DNA of 64,000 bases. Source: a virus. Its lineage: Duplodnaviria > Caudoviricetes. Below, piece after piece: positions 1 through 9,234 of the stretch. Within the stretch, counting starts at the first letter, position 1. Each line of letters opens with the position of its first letter. The position numbers and the translations under genes were made by a program. The stretch lies in IMG/VR virus record IMGVR_UViG_2930430511_000001, positions 1 through 64,000 of that record; one strand, given 5' to 3'. A model generated the notes under the pieces. That model was not told the origin of the DNA. It worked only from the letters and a program-made list of their open reading frames with translations, and made no database searches.

Positions 1-1
1 T

Positions 2-73
2 CCGGGCTACGTACCGGTGCAGCGCGACATGGGCAGCCTCAAGGCCATGATCGCCCGCAAGGCCGGCATCTGA
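2..73 (+). CDS. 3' end of a gene running in from the left edge (...SLKAMIARKAGI*)
   Basis: Open frame with high-GC3 codons ending at TGA 71-73, upstream of dnaB. Confidence 0.5.
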   Translation, partial: PGYVPVQRDMGSLKAMIARKAGI

Positions 74-149
74 CCCCGATCGTGCCGCGGCGCCCGGAGA
101 TCCTCGCCAGGACCGGGCGCCGCCAGACCTCACCACAGGAGATCTACAC

Positions 150-1568
150 ATGACTGTAGTGCCTGAGCAGCAGAAGAGCGCCCGCGCCAAGGACCGCAAC
201 GAAATGTGGGCAGTCGAAGGGGACGACGCCCAAGACCGTGGCTTCGAGCGCGTCCCCCCGCAGGACCTGAACGCCGAGCAGTCCGCGCTGGGCGGCATGC
301 TGCTGTCCAAGGACGTCATCCCCGACGTCTCCGCCCTGATCAAGGGGCAGGACTTCTATCGCCCGGCCCATGAGCTCGTCTTCCAGGCGATCATCGATCT
401 GTACTCCAAGGGGGAGCCGGCCGACCCGATCACCGTCGCAGCCGAGCTGACCAAGCGCGGAGAGATCGGTCGCGTCGGCGGTGCCTCGTACCTGCACACC
501 CTCGTTCAGTCCGTACCGACGGCCGCCAACGCCGAGTACTACGCCGAGATCGTTCACGAGCGCGCAGTGCTGCGGCGCCTGGTCGAGGCTGGCACCGCCA
601 TTACGCAGATGGGCTATTCCGCGGAGGGCGACGTCGACGACGTCCTTGCCTCGGCCCGCGGCCAGTTGGAGGCGGTAGCCGAGGCAGGTACCGACGCCCA
701 TGGCTTCCGCACGGTCGCGGAGACCATGGAAGAGACGCTCGACGCCATCGACCAGGCCCAGAAGGGTTCCAGCGGCCTCACCGGCATCGGTACGGGCTTC
801 ACGGATCTCGACAGCCTCACCTCCGGGCTTCAGCCCGGTCAGGTCATCGTCGTGGCAGGACGCCCCGCCATGGGCAAGTCGACTCTCGGCCTGGACCTCG
901 CCCGCGCCTGCGCCTACAAGCACGGCAAGAGCGCCGCGTTCGTCTCGCTGGAGATGGACTTCGTCAAAGAGATCAACATGCGGCTCATCTCGGCCGAGGC
1001 GGGCGTGGCGCTCCACCACATCCGATCAGGTGGCCTCACCGACGAAGACTGGGCGAAGATCGCCCGCCACCTGCCTCGGATCACGGAAGGCCCGCTGCTG
1101 GTGGACGATTGCCCGACGAACTGGCAGCAGATCCAGGCCAAGCTGCGGCGCCTCAAGACCAAGCGCCCCGACCTCAGCCTGATCGTCCTGGACTACATGC
1201 AGCTGATCGAACTGGGCGGCCGCCGCCCCGACAGCCGGGAACGGGAGGTCTCCGAGGTCAGCCGAAGCATCAAGCTGCTCGCCAAGGAACTCAACGTCCC
1301 CATCGTGGCCCTCGCCCAGCTCAACCGCGGACCGGAGCAACGGACCGACAAGAAACCGGTGATGTCGGACCTCCGCGAATCCGGGTCGCAGGAGCAGGAC
1401 GCAGACATCATCATCCTGCTGCACCGTGAGGACGCCTACGAGAAGGAGTCGCCGCGCGCCGGCGAGGCCGACTTCATCGTGGCCAAGCATCGCAACGGGC
1501 CGACCGCCATCGTCACGACCGCGTTCCAGGGCCATTACAGCCGGTTCGTGGACATGGCGCAGACCTGA
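150..1568 (+). CDS. dnaB: Replicative DNA helicase DnaB
   Basis: PPQDLNAEQSALG N-domain, Walker A GRPAMGKS, LDYMQL, AQLNR, SDLRESGSQEQDAD, KHRNGPT; AGGAG RBS. Confidence 0.97.
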   Translation: MTVVPEQQKSARAKDRNEMWAVEGDDAQDRGFERVPPQDLNAEQSALGGMLLSKDVIPDVSALIKGQDFYRPAHELVFQAIIDLYSKGEPADPITVAAELTKRGEIGRVGGASYLHTLVQSVPTAANAEYYAEIVHERAVLRRLVEAGTAITQMGYSAEGDVDDVLASARGQLEAVAEAGTDAHGFRTVAETMEETLDAIDQAQKGSSGLTGIGTGFTDLDSLTSGLQPGQVIVVAGRPAMGKSTLGLDLARACAYKHGKSAAFVSLEMDFVKEINMRLISAEAGVALHHIRSGGLTDEDWAKIARHLPRITEGPLLVDDCPTNWQQIQAKLRRLKTKRPDLSLIVLDYMQLIELGGRRPDSREREVSEVSRSIKLLAKELNVPIVALAQLNRGPEQRTDKKPVMSDLRESGSQEQDADIIILLHREDAYEKESPRAGEADFIVAKHRNGPTAIVTTAFQGHYSRFVDMAQT

Positions 1569-1651
1569 CCGTCCGCCAGCACGCCCATTAGCAAGTAGAA
1601 CCACCGGGCCCGGGGAATTCCCTGGGCCCGGCCAACCGGAGGGGACCTGGA

Positions 1652-2350
1652 ATGACGGAAGACCTCGAGCGTGTGAAGCGTGAGGCACTGGAACAAAGCC
1701 GCGAGCTGATCGCGATGGTGGACGCCGAGCAGGAAAAGGACCGGGCTGCCGGGGCCTCGGGCAGCACGCCTGTACCCGCACCCGACCTCGGCCCCAACCC
1801 CACTGGCGTGCAGATCCTGCGTGCTGCTGCTGAGGTCTGCCGGGCCGAAGCCACCGCCCAGGACGAACCCAAGATGATCGACCAAGCCAACTGGTTCGAT
1901 CAGGTCGCCGACCAGGCAGAGGCGATCGAAGCCGACGGCCACGCATACGCGGGGATCGGGCTGAGCACGGCGCGGGAGATCCTCGGCCTGGACCCCGACT
2001 CCAGCCAGCCGACGGCTGAGGAACTAACCGGGGCGCAGTACGCCCTCAACGTCCGCTTCATCCTTCGCGATGCCGCAGCGGCCGCCGCGTTCGACGCGTT
2101 GGTGGACCAGCTGATGCACGGTATCCGCGCCGAGCCTGGCACCTGGATCTACAACACCTGGACACCAGAAGGTGAGCCCCTGGTCAGGATGTTTTACGAG
2201 GTGTATGCCGATCGTGTCGCGTTCGAGGAGCACGAGGCGCAGCCCCACACCCAGCATTTCCTCGCCGAACGGGAGCAGCATCTGGAGCGGTTCGAGGTGA
2301 CGTACCTGAACACGGATCGGGCACCGAAGCCGGAAGGGGCAGCAGAGTGA
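1652..2350 (+). CDS. Protein with C-terminal antibiotic biosynthesis monooxygenase (ABM)-like domain
   Basis: AEPGTWIY...FYEVYADRVAFEEHEAQPHTQHF matches the ABM/quinol monooxygenase pattern. Confidence 0.7.
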   Translation: MTEDLERVKREALEQSRELIAMVDAEQEKDRAAGASGSTPVPAPDLGPNPTGVQILRAAAEVCRAEATAQDEPKMIDQANWFDQVADQAEAIEADGHAYAGIGLSTAREILGLDPDSSQPTAEELTGAQYALNVRFILRDAAAAAAFDALVDQLMHGIRAEPGTWIYNTWTPEGEPLVRMFYEVYADRVAFEEHEAQPHTQHFLAEREQHLERFEVTYLNTDRAPKPEGAAE

Positions 2351-2649
2351 CGACAGGCGTGATCCCGTACACGCACTGGTCGTACTTCCCGGACGAGGCC
2401 AGCGCCCAGCGGTGTGCTGAGGAGCTGGCGGACTACGTCACCCGGATTCGGGAGTCGGCGGCAGACGATGGGGCGTGGCTGCTGCTTGCCGGCCGGGACG
2501 TTGAGATCGAGCGCCTGGTCGAGCGGCATGACGAGGTTGAGGCGATCGTGACCCGGCACGGAGGCGATTACGACGGTGGCGAGACCACCTACCTGGCCGG
2601 GGAGCCAGTAGCTGATCCGATGCTGACCGGGGAGTGGGGTGCCGGCTGA
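2347..2649 (+). CDS. RraB-like (RNase E inhibitor family) small acidic protein
   Basis: HWSYFPDEASAQRCAEEL...W...HGGDYDGGE resembles the RraB-family pattern; GTGA overlap with upstream stop. Confidence 0.6.
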   Translation: MTTGVIPYTHWSYFPDEASAQRCAEELADYVTRIRESAADDGAWLLLAGRDVEIERLVERHDEVEAIVTRHGGDYDGGETTYLAGEPVADPMLTGEWGAG

Positions 2650-2706
2650 CCGTTCCAATTGGAACGGTGCGGGGTGGTGGCCTTCGGGACGCCCCGCAGC
2701 CCGTTC

Positions 2707-2994
2707 TCAGTCCAGCGCGGCGCGGCCGGCGTCCGTGGCCTCGACGAGGTCCGGGCGCTCGCCGTTCGCCGGATGCACCACCCGCACCAGGCCCTTCTCC
2801 CAGATCCCCAGCGACGCCCCGTACAGCGCCAGCTGCCCCTCCATCCAGGCCACCCGTACCAGGTCGTCCTCCGGCGCATGAATGTCGGGCTTGGGGTTGG
2901 AGTTGACGTCGTCGAACAGGCTGGACATGGCGACCGGTTCGGGGGCCTGGGAGATCAGGCGCAGCAGTTCGTATTCCTCGCGGCTCAGGTCCAT
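2707..2994 (-). CDS. Hypothetical winged-helix-like protein, probably leaderless
   Basis: ORF ending EATDAGRAALD; TACGCT -10 six nt before ATG. Confidence 0.6.
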   Translation of the reverse strand: MDLSREEYELLRLISQAPEPVAMSSLFDDVNSNPKPDIHAPEDDLVRVAWMEGQLALYGASLGIWEKGLVRVVHPANGERPDLVEATDAGRAALD

Positions 2995-3098
2995 GCCGGA
3001 AGCGTAGAGCGCGCCAGGGTTCGTCCGGGCCGGATTGTGCGTGAGCCCATCCCGGGGGGCTTCGGTCGCCCCCCGCCACCCTCAGAGCCTCACTTACA

Positions 3099-3129
3099 TA
3101 TTGCACATGCACTATTCATGTGTCATGCT
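3099..3129 (+). promoter_or_regulatory. Class A promoter TTGCAC-N17-CATGCT with overlapping palindromic operator
   Basis: TATTGCACATGCACTA; similar copies at 10.5, 23.6, 29.8 and 42.1 kb. Confidence 0.8.
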
Positions 3130-3202
3130 CTGGGAATCCGCCCAGCCGATACGAACGGCGAGGGCGGGGGTGGCAAGGAACCCGTGAGCAGGGGAGACCG
3201 AA

Positions 3203-3463
3203 ATGGACGTCAAGGCACGCGAGCAGGCAACCACCGAGGTCCTGGCCATGGCCAGCCGACTGAGCGACGAGGCGCTGTGCCTCGCATGGATGGCCACCGA
3301 GGGAAAGCCCGTCACCCAAGAGCTCGCCCTCGTGCGCGGCTGGATCATGGACGAGCTGAACGAGCGCCTCGGAGACGACCTGTTCGACGAGTGGCTGATG
3401 GCTTTCGATGAGAACGGCGACGCCCTCAACCCGCTGTCTTTCTTCGCACGCAAGGGCAACTGA
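3203..3463 (+). CDS. Hypothetical small acidic protein
   Basis: GGGAG RBS, first gene after class A promoter, GC hairpin after stop. Confidence 0.75.
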   Translation: MDVKAREQATTEVLAMASRLSDEALCLAWMATEGKPVTQELALVRGWIMDELNERLGDDLFDEWLMAFDENGDALNPLSFFARKGN

Positions 3464-3534
3464 CCAGGAGGCGGCCTTCGGGCCGCCCCTCGGGGCCGGT
3501 GCCATCAGCCGCCTAATCCTGGAGGTCCCACGCT

Positions 3535-3981
3535 ATGTGGCAGTCCGTCATCGCGATCCTCGGCACCCTCGCCGGAGCCTCCATGACCGCCTGGTTCCAG
3601 CAACGCGGACAACGAGCCGAACGTGCCGCCGCAACCGCCACCGCGCACCGCAGGGACGCCCTCGACGCCGTCACCGACCTCGTCACCGCGCTCGCCGACC
3701 ACCGCAAGGCCATGTGGCTCCGCGAGGAAGCACGCCTCGCCGGCGCCGACTGGACCGAGCTCCGCACCGCCTCGCACACCACCCGGGCCGCGATCACCGC
3801 CCCCGCAGTCCGCGTCGCCATCCTCCTGCCCGCCCTCGCCACCACCGCCCAGGCCGCAGCCACCGCCACCTACGCGATGCGCGGCGCCACCGACCACACC
3901 GCGCTGAACGCCGCCCGCGAGGACGCCGTCGCCGCTGCCGACCGGCTCATCGACACTGCCGGGCAACTCCTCACCGCATAA
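3535..3981 (+). CDS. kilB: KilB-like protein (Streptomyces plasmid kil/spread family)
   Basis: N-terminal TM SVIAILGTLAG followed by Ala-rich helices, recalled similarity to pIJ101 KilB; GGAGG RBS. Confidence 0.6.
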   Translation: MWQSVIAILGTLAGASMTAWFQQRGQRAERAAATATAHRRDALDAVTDLVTALADHRKAMWLREEARLAGADWTELRTASHTTRAAITAPAVRVAILLPALATTAQAAATATYAMRGATDHTALNAAREDAVAAADRLIDTAGQLLTA

Positions 3982-4056
3982 CCCCAGCGCCCTACCTGCG
4001 GTACCTGATGCCGCCGCGATAGCCCTCACCCCTTCCCCGCAGGCCAAGGAGACACT

Positions 4057-4299
4057 GTGTCCCGCTTCTCCCGAGCACGCCTCAACCAGGAAGCCGATCA
4101 CTTCGAGGCCCAGGCCCGCCGCTCCGATGCAGCCGCCCGCAGCGGAGACCGCGACGCCAAGGACCCGAACCTCGGCCCCGGTACCCAGGGCGCCGCCTCC
4201 CGCGCCGCCAACATCGCCCGCGGCAAAGCCCAGGAGTACCGCGACATCGCCGCCACTCTCCGCGACGGCGAAATCCCCGACAACGTCCGGCTCGACTAA
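4057..4299 (+). CDS. Hypothetical protein
   Basis: AAGGAG RBS, GTG start, typical codon usage. Confidence 0.7.
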   Translation: MSRFSRARLNQEADHFEAQARRSDAAARSGDRDAKDPNLGPGTQGAASRAANIARGKAQEYRDIAATLRDGEIPDNVRLD

Positions 4300-4552
4300 C
4301 CCCGCCCACTAGCGCCCATGGCTTCTGCCGGTGGCGTGTTGTGGTGTGGCTGCTCCCGGACGTCGCTACCATGGGAGCGCGGCCATCGGGCCGCGGGCCC
4401 GGCTCGAGGCCCGGTTCGTCTGGCCCAGACCAGGCGAGCAACACCGAAGGTGCCCCGCGCCGAGCCGCCCACCACCCCGCATCACCCTTGCTGGCCTCGC
4501 TCTTGGCGGCCGGTGAGTCTGGGATCACCGCAGCCGTGGAAGAGAGCTTGAG

Positions 4553-5074
4553 ATGCCGAAGGACCACGCACGCAAGAAGGCCCTTGCCACCATCAAGGAC
4601 GAGCTGGGCATCAAACACGCCTGCGCTATCGCGCTCCTGGACCACCCTGACGCCGACGAACGGGAAACCCTGGAGCAGTACCTGGCGGAGTACGTCGACA
4701 TCAACACGTACCGCGAGGCGGTCGACTACCTGCACAACGACCCGCGCCGCCAGGTTCTGTGCGAGACATGCGGCTGGTCGGTCGCGATGGTCTGCCCCGA
4801 GTGCCCCGGGTGCGGCTGCTACAACGGCCAGTGCTCCGGCTGGCGGCACAGCGAGTACGCGCACGAGGACGACGACTACGACGACCCGGACCGCAACGTG
4901 TACTGCCAGGACTGCGGCGCCGGATCCTCCAGCCCCTACGACGAGTGCACCTGCTGGGAAGACGACGAGGAACAGGACGAGGCGGCCCCGGACCCCAGTC
5001 CAGAACTCATCGCGCTGCCCTCCCACGGCGGGTGGGGATCCAGCTCCGTCCCCCTGCCCGCATCGGGCTCGTGA
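4553..5074 (+). CDS. Cys-rich acidic hypothetical protein (possible Zn-binding)
   Basis: Multiple CxxC motifs; coupled to the next gene by GTGA. Confidence 0.7.
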   Translation: MPKDHARKKALATIKDELGIKHACAIALLDHPDADERETLEQYLAEYVDINTYREAVDYLHNDPRRQVLCETCGWSVAMVCPECPGCGCYNGQCSGWRHSEYAHEDDDYDDPDRNVYCQDCGAGSSSPYDECTCWEDDEEQDEAAPDPSPELIALPSHGGWGSSSVPLPASGS

Positions 5075-5607
5075 CCACCGCCGCCGCCGCGGCCGACCTC
5101 GCCGCCCGCGGCCTGGCCGTGTTCCCGCTCTTGCCCGGCGGTAGGAAGCCCGGCGCCGGCGCCCGACTGTCGCGGTGCCTGACCGACCCGGTCCGCGTCC
5201 GGGAGGTCTGGCGCGACGGCGACAATATCGGCGTCGGCTGCCGGGCCTCCGGCATCGTCGGCCTGGACCTGGACCTAGACGACGAGGCCGACGGACAGGC
5301 CGTTCTCGTTTCTCTCGCCGCCCGCCTTGGGGAACCCTGGCCAGACACGCTGACCGTACGGACGCCGAGCGGCGGCCGGCACCTGTACTTCGCCGCGCCG
5401 GACGGCTGCACCATCGGCAGCTTCTCGGGCGGCCGGACTCTCCTTGGGCCGGGCATCGATGTACGCGGTCCTGGCCGCCGCTGCGGCGGCTACCTCATCG
5501 GCCCCGGCTCGGTCGTCGGCGGCACCCCGTACGTCATCGAGCGCGATGCGCCCCTCCGCCCACTCCCCGGCTGGATCTCCGACCGGCTCACGGAGGTCAA
5601 GGTCTGA
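5071..5607 (+). CDS. Bifunctional DNA primase/polymerase N-terminal (Prim-Pol) domain, stand-alone
   Basis: GLAVFPL..GRKP, NIGV, GLDLD, TVRTPSGGRHLYF, GIDVRG, GGYLIGPGS. Confidence 0.88.
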   Translation: MTTAAAAADLAARGLAVFPLLPGGRKPGAGARLSRCLTDPVRVREVWRDGDNIGVGCRASGIVGLDLDLDDEADGQAVLVSLAARLGEPWPDTLTVRTPSGGRHLYFAAPDGCTIGSFSGGRTLLGPGIDVRGPGRRCGGYLIGPGSVVGGTPYVIERDAPLRPLPGWISDRLTEVKV

Positions 5608-5627
5608 CCCCGGCGTACTGTGAAGGT

Positions 5628-5993
5628 ATGGCCGGGCACGCCCGCCGGTGCGGGCACTGCTACAAGCCGCTGCGGGCCACCGCCCGCGCGGACGCGGTCT
5701 ACTGCGGCCCGGCCTGCCGAGCCGCTGCTGCTCGGTTCCGCCGGCACTACGAGGAGGCCGTCCGGATTGGCTGCGCCATCGTCTCCGGCGACAAGGCCAG
5801 CGTCTCCCGATGCTGCCCCGCGTGCGGCCACTGGTTCATCCCAGGTCACGGACACCGGCGCGATGCTGTCTACGACGAGCCGGCGTGCCGGACCGCCGCG
5901 TGGCGTGCCCGGCGCAGGGCAACGGAGCCGCTACGCGAAGCCGTCACAACCACCGCGAGTGTGACGGATCTGGGTACGGCCACAAGATGCTGA
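5628..5993 (+). CDS. Double Zn-finger protein (CxxC...YCxxxCR repeated)
   Basis: CGHC..RADAVYCGPACR and CPAC..RRDAVYDEPACR; TACTGT six nt before ATG. Confidence 0.65.
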   Translation: MAGHARRCGHCYKPLRATARADAVYCGPACRAAAARFRRHYEEAVRIGCAIVSGDKASVSRCCPACGHWFIPGHGHRRDAVYDEPACRTAAWRARRRATEPLREAVTTTASVTDLGTATRC

Positions 5994-6106
5994 CCTGCGC
6001 AGACAGCGATGGACTCCACACGCGGGCCGGGAGCGCCCCTGGCTTCGGCTGGGGGCGTTGCCGTACGGGAATTGACGCATGCGGAAATGGGTTGCAGGGT
6101 GGCCAC

Positions 6107-6628
6107 ATGACACCCGCCGGACGCCCCGAAGTCGGCCCCAAGGTCGAAGTGCGACTCCACGAAGACACCCTCACCGAAGTCGATGCACTCGCCGAACGCA
6201 CCCGCTCCAGCCGAGCCGACACCCTCCGATACCTCATCACCCACGGCCTCGAATCACCCCACGAAGACCCCACCACCGACCCCACCGCACTCGAAATCGA
6301 GCAGACCCTCGACACCGACAACTCATGCGGAATCGAGGTCTACAGCAACGGCCGCACCTACTGGGTCCGAAATTTCGAGACCGGTCAGGTCTACGGCAAC
6401 ACCACCGACCCGGTCAGTGCCGCCGCCATGCAGGGCGCAGCCCTCGTCGCCTACGAAGCGATCCGCCTCGGAGACACCCTCGGCGGCCAGTCTTACGGCG
6501 ACTCCGGCGACCTGGACTACGACCCCAGCGAAATCGCCTACCCGGACCTAGTTCAGGTCGGCCGCGACATCCTCGCCGACCTTCCCAAGCAGGCAGAAGC
6601 GCTGAAGAGCGCCGCCAAGGGCGTCTGA
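6107..6628 (+). CDS. Ribbon-helix-helix (CopG-like) domain protein
   Basis: GRPEVGPKVEVRLHEDTLTEVDALAERTRSSRADTLRYLI; TTGACG...CAGGGT leaderless promoter. Confidence 0.75.
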   Translation: MTPAGRPEVGPKVEVRLHEDTLTEVDALAERTRSSRADTLRYLITHGLESPHEDPTTDPTALEIEQTLDTDNSCGIEVYSNGRTYWVRNFETGQVYGNTTDPVSAAAMQGAALVAYEAIRLGDTLGGQSYGDSGDLDYDPSEIAYPDLVQVGRDILADLPKQAEALKSAAKGV

Positions 6629-6715
6629 CAGGCCGGGGCACGTCGTTGGCTCCGACTGGGGGCGTTGGCGTGTCCGTCCCCATGCACCCGAAGACGCCAT
6701 GCCTACCATCCGGAC

Positions 6716-6895
6716 ATGACGGACACTGCCAACCCTTTCCCTCACGGCCCCCTCTACCGTCTAACCGACCTCTGGCCCAAGAGCGAAGACGAACTCGACC
6801 AGGCCCTGGAGACGATGGGCGACCTGTACGCCCAGCAGGGCGGCCAAGCCGCCGGCCCCGCAGAGCCTCAAGAGGGAGAGGTGACCAGCGACTGA
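6716..6895 (+). CDS. Small hypothetical protein, leaderless
   Basis: TACCAT six nt before ATG. Confidence 0.5.
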   Translation: MTDTANPFPHGPLYRLTDLWPKSEDELDQALETMGDLYAQQGGQAAGPAEPQEGEVTSD

Positions 6896-6944
6896 CCGCG
6901 TGCCGCCGCGCCCCCAATCGCCGGTCGGGGGGGCGCAGCGTGCA

Positions 6945-6976
6945 GGGGCAACGGTTCCCCGAAACGCGGCCACGCT
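6945..6976 (+). promoter_or_regulatory. Class B promoter GGGGCAA-N19-CACGCT
   Basis: Same spacing at 9197, 16082 and 53012(-). Confidence 0.65.
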
Positions 6977-6982
6977 GGAGGC

Positions 6983-7489
6983 ATGACCTCCTCACGCGAC
7001 AGCCGGCACCGCGCCCACGCCATCAGTGCCTACGCCTACAAGTTCGCCGCATCCCTCATCCTCGGCACCGTCGTAGGCCTCATCCTCAACTTGCTGGTCC
7101 AGAACCCTCGGCATTCGATGTGGGTGGACGCGCTCCTGTTCGGCGGCATCGTGCTGGCCGTAGACGTCTTCGGCACGACGGTCGTCATGGCGTGGCGCAG
7201 GCTCCGCGGCCGCGGGCAGCTCCCCACGAACGTCCACGTCATCCAGAACGATCTCCTCGCCGAACTTCACCGGCGCGGCACCCGCTACGACAGCGGCGCC
7301 ATCACGAACCCGGACACCCTTCAGAACGTCGCCGGTGAACTGGTGGGGCTGCGGACCGCAATCGGAGTCGCGCACGGCTACCAGGCCGACACCCCGGAGT
7401 GCCACCACGCCGCCCGGCGCCTGTACGCCGCGTGGGCAGCCCGCAAGGGCCACACCGACACTCGGGCCAAGGAACCGTCCGCCGAGTAG
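6983..7489 (+). CDS. Two-TM membrane protein
   Basis: Two hydrophobic segments in the N-terminal half. Confidence 0.7.
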   Translation: MTSSRDSRHRAHAISAYAYKFAASLILGTVVGLILNLLVQNPRHSMWVDALLFGGIVLAVDVFGTTVVMAWRRLRGRGQLPTNVHVIQNDLLAELHRRGTRYDSGAITNPDTLQNVAGELVGLRTAIGVAHGYQADTPECHHAARRLYAAWAARKGHTDTRAKEPSAE

Positions 7490-7556
7490 CCCACCGACTG
7501 TGTGCGCCCCGTTCACGCCCTCCCGCCCCGGCCAGCGCCCCGCGAAGATGCTGCCC

Positions 7557-7718
7557 ATGCCCGATCCGCACTGCTCCAGCTGCTGCCCCATCGAACCGCC
7601 CAAGCCCGAGACGCCCGCGCCGTGGCCGCTCGGGGCGCTGCTGTGGCTCGGCATCATCCTCGGCGTCGGCGGCGGCGCGTACGTGCTGGTGATGTGGGCA
7701 GTGTCCAGCGCGTTCTGA
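7557..7718 (+). CDS. Small membrane protein
   Basis: C-terminal TM helix; start uncertain. Confidence 0.45.
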   Translation: MPDPHCSSCCPIEPPKPETPAPWPLGALLWLGIILGVGGGAYVLVMWAVSSAF

Positions 7719-7731
7719 ATTCCGCGCCCAC

Positions 7732-7753
7732 TGTCGGCACCTGCTGCAAGACT
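7732..7753 (+). promoter_or_regulatory. RecA-NDp/PafBC-like promoter TGTCGG-N10-AAGACT
   Basis: Fits TGTCRG-N10-TAnnnT with one -10 mismatch; leaderless ATG six nt downstream. Confidence 0.6.
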
Positions 7754-7759
7754 CGGCGC

Positions 7760-8146
7760 ATGACCGACACCAACCCCGTCGAGAACCTGTCCAGCGCCGC
7801 CGAGCAGATCCGCGCGTTCAACCACGCCAGTTGGGACACCGACAACGACGACTGGACCTACCCCATCCACACCTACAAGGCCGCCGGCAACCTGTCCCAC
7901 CTCGCGCACATGCTGGGGCAGGCCATCGGGCAGGCCACCCGGCCCGCGATGCGCACTTACGATGACGGCCGCCTGCTCATCGACGGCCAGGGCGATCCGG
8001 ACGCCGCCGTCGTACAGATGCTGGCCGCCAGCGAGGATGCCGTCCAGCACGCGCAGGACCTCGCGGCCGCGCTTGACCGGCTGCACTCCGCCACGTCCGC
8101 CATGGGCGTGGACACCGATGGACTGCCGGGATTCGACGAGGGGTGA
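7760..8146 (+). CDS. Helical hypothetical protein (probable paralog of 10078-10431)
   Basis: AEQIRAFNHAS...YP motif; good codon usage. Confidence 0.75.
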   Translation: MTDTNPVENLSSAAEQIRAFNHASWDTDNDDWTYPIHTYKAAGNLSHLAHMLGQAIGQATRPAMRTYDDGRLLIDGQGDPDAAVVQMLAASEDAVQHAQDLAAALDRLHSATSAMGVDTDGLPGFDEG

Positions 8147-8266
8147 CCTTCCGCGGCCGGCTGCACTCGCCCCTGGCCGCCAGCCGGGATCCCGGAGCCG
8201 TTCGGCCTTGAGCTGGACACCGGCAGCCTCTGACCGACGCCGCGATCAGCGTCACGGGGAATCCCC

Positions 8267-8295
8267 TTGCGCTTCCTAACTTAGGAAGCTACTGT
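8267..8295 (+). promoter_or_regulatory. Promoter TTGCGC-N17-TACTGT with operator palindrome GCTTCCTAA-C-TTAGGAAGC
   Basis: Perfect 9-bp arms at 8271-8289 spanning the spacer. Confidence 0.8.
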
Positions 8296-8348
8296 TGTCG
8301 CCATGAGGTCAGGGGAAAGCCCCAGACCCGGACCGGAAGGACCCGGCC

Positions 8349-8660
8349 ATGACCGTCCGCCACTTCACCGCCTGGCTCGTCAACGACCCGTCGGCTCTCG
8401 ACCAGCCCTGCATGGACATCGCCATCCTCGAAGACGAGCTGATCGCGGGCGACCCCGAGGATGACGGCAGCTGGGGCACCGACTCCAGCAAGCCCACCGC
8501 CTTCTACGCCGTCACCAAGGTCGACGCCCGGGACGGCGACGCCCAGGACGGCATCGACGAGGCCGAGGACCTGATGAGCGCGGCCGGATGGCGGACCGTC
8601 GGCAACTGGGACACCGTCGACAACGCGTACATCGTGACCGTCGAGCGCGACGACAACTGA
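8349..8660 (+). CDS. Small highly acidic protein, candidate anti-CRISPR/anti-defence protein
   Basis: 103 aa, very D/E-rich, directly upstream of an Aca2-like HTH; function inferred from context only. Confidence 0.6.
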   Translation: MTVRHFTAWLVNDPSALDQPCMDIAILEDELIAGDPEDDGSWGTDSSKPTAFYAVTKVDARDGDAQDGIDEAEDLMSAAGWRTVGNWDTVDNAYIVTVERDDN

Positions 8661-8699
8661 CCCTCCCCGCGCCCCCGGTCCCCCACCGGGGGCGTCCCC

Positions 8700-9137
8700 A
8701 TGCCTGGAGTTCAAATGGCAGAGCAGACCTACACCGACCCGCCCGGCATGCCCGAGGACGAACGGATGACCCCGGCCGAGTTCAAGGTCGTGCGCGAGTT
8801 CCTCGGCCTGACCGGGGACTGGCTCGCCCAGCATCTCGGCGTCTCATCGCGCACCGTGCGCCACTGGGAGCAGGGCAAGTACCCCATCCCCGACGGCGTG
8901 CGCCTGGAGATGGAGGACCTCGAGCGGCGCACCGGCGAGTTCATCAGCGGCATCGTCAACAAGCTCATGGACCTGCCCGACCCCGGCGCGATCACCTATC
9001 GGGACGACGCCGAGTACCGCGCGGCGCACCCGAACGAGGACTGGCCCGCCTCCTGGCACCGTGCCGTCGTTGCGCGCGTCGCCCAGGAGGTACCTACTCT
9101 GTCCATCGCCTTCGCCAGTGACCTGCCTGCCAGCTGA
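8700..9137 (+). CDS. Aca2/YdiL (DUF1870)-like HTH regulator
   Basis: MTPAEFKVVREFLGLT..WLA..GVSSRTVRHWEQGKYPIPDGV, plus C-terminal TYRDDAEY...WHRAVVARV. Confidence 0.75.
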   Translation: MPGVQMAEQTYTDPPGMPEDERMTPAEFKVVREFLGLTGDWLAQHLGVSSRTVRHWEQGKYPIPDGVRLEMEDLERRTGEFISGIVNKLMDLPDPGAITYRDDAEYRAAHPNEDWPASWHRAVVARVAQEVPTLSIAFASDLPAS

Positions 9138-9234
9138 TCAGCACCACGCCCCGCCCGACCCCTCCGGCGCGGGGCGTCCCGCCGCCTACCCGGGGAGGGG
9201 CAATGCCTGCCCGGATCCGCGCCAGCATGGACGG

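Noticed and set aside
1652-2350. ABM protein as a tailoring enzyme for the PKS
   Set aside because: It is 12 kb away in a different operon, with no linking evidence.
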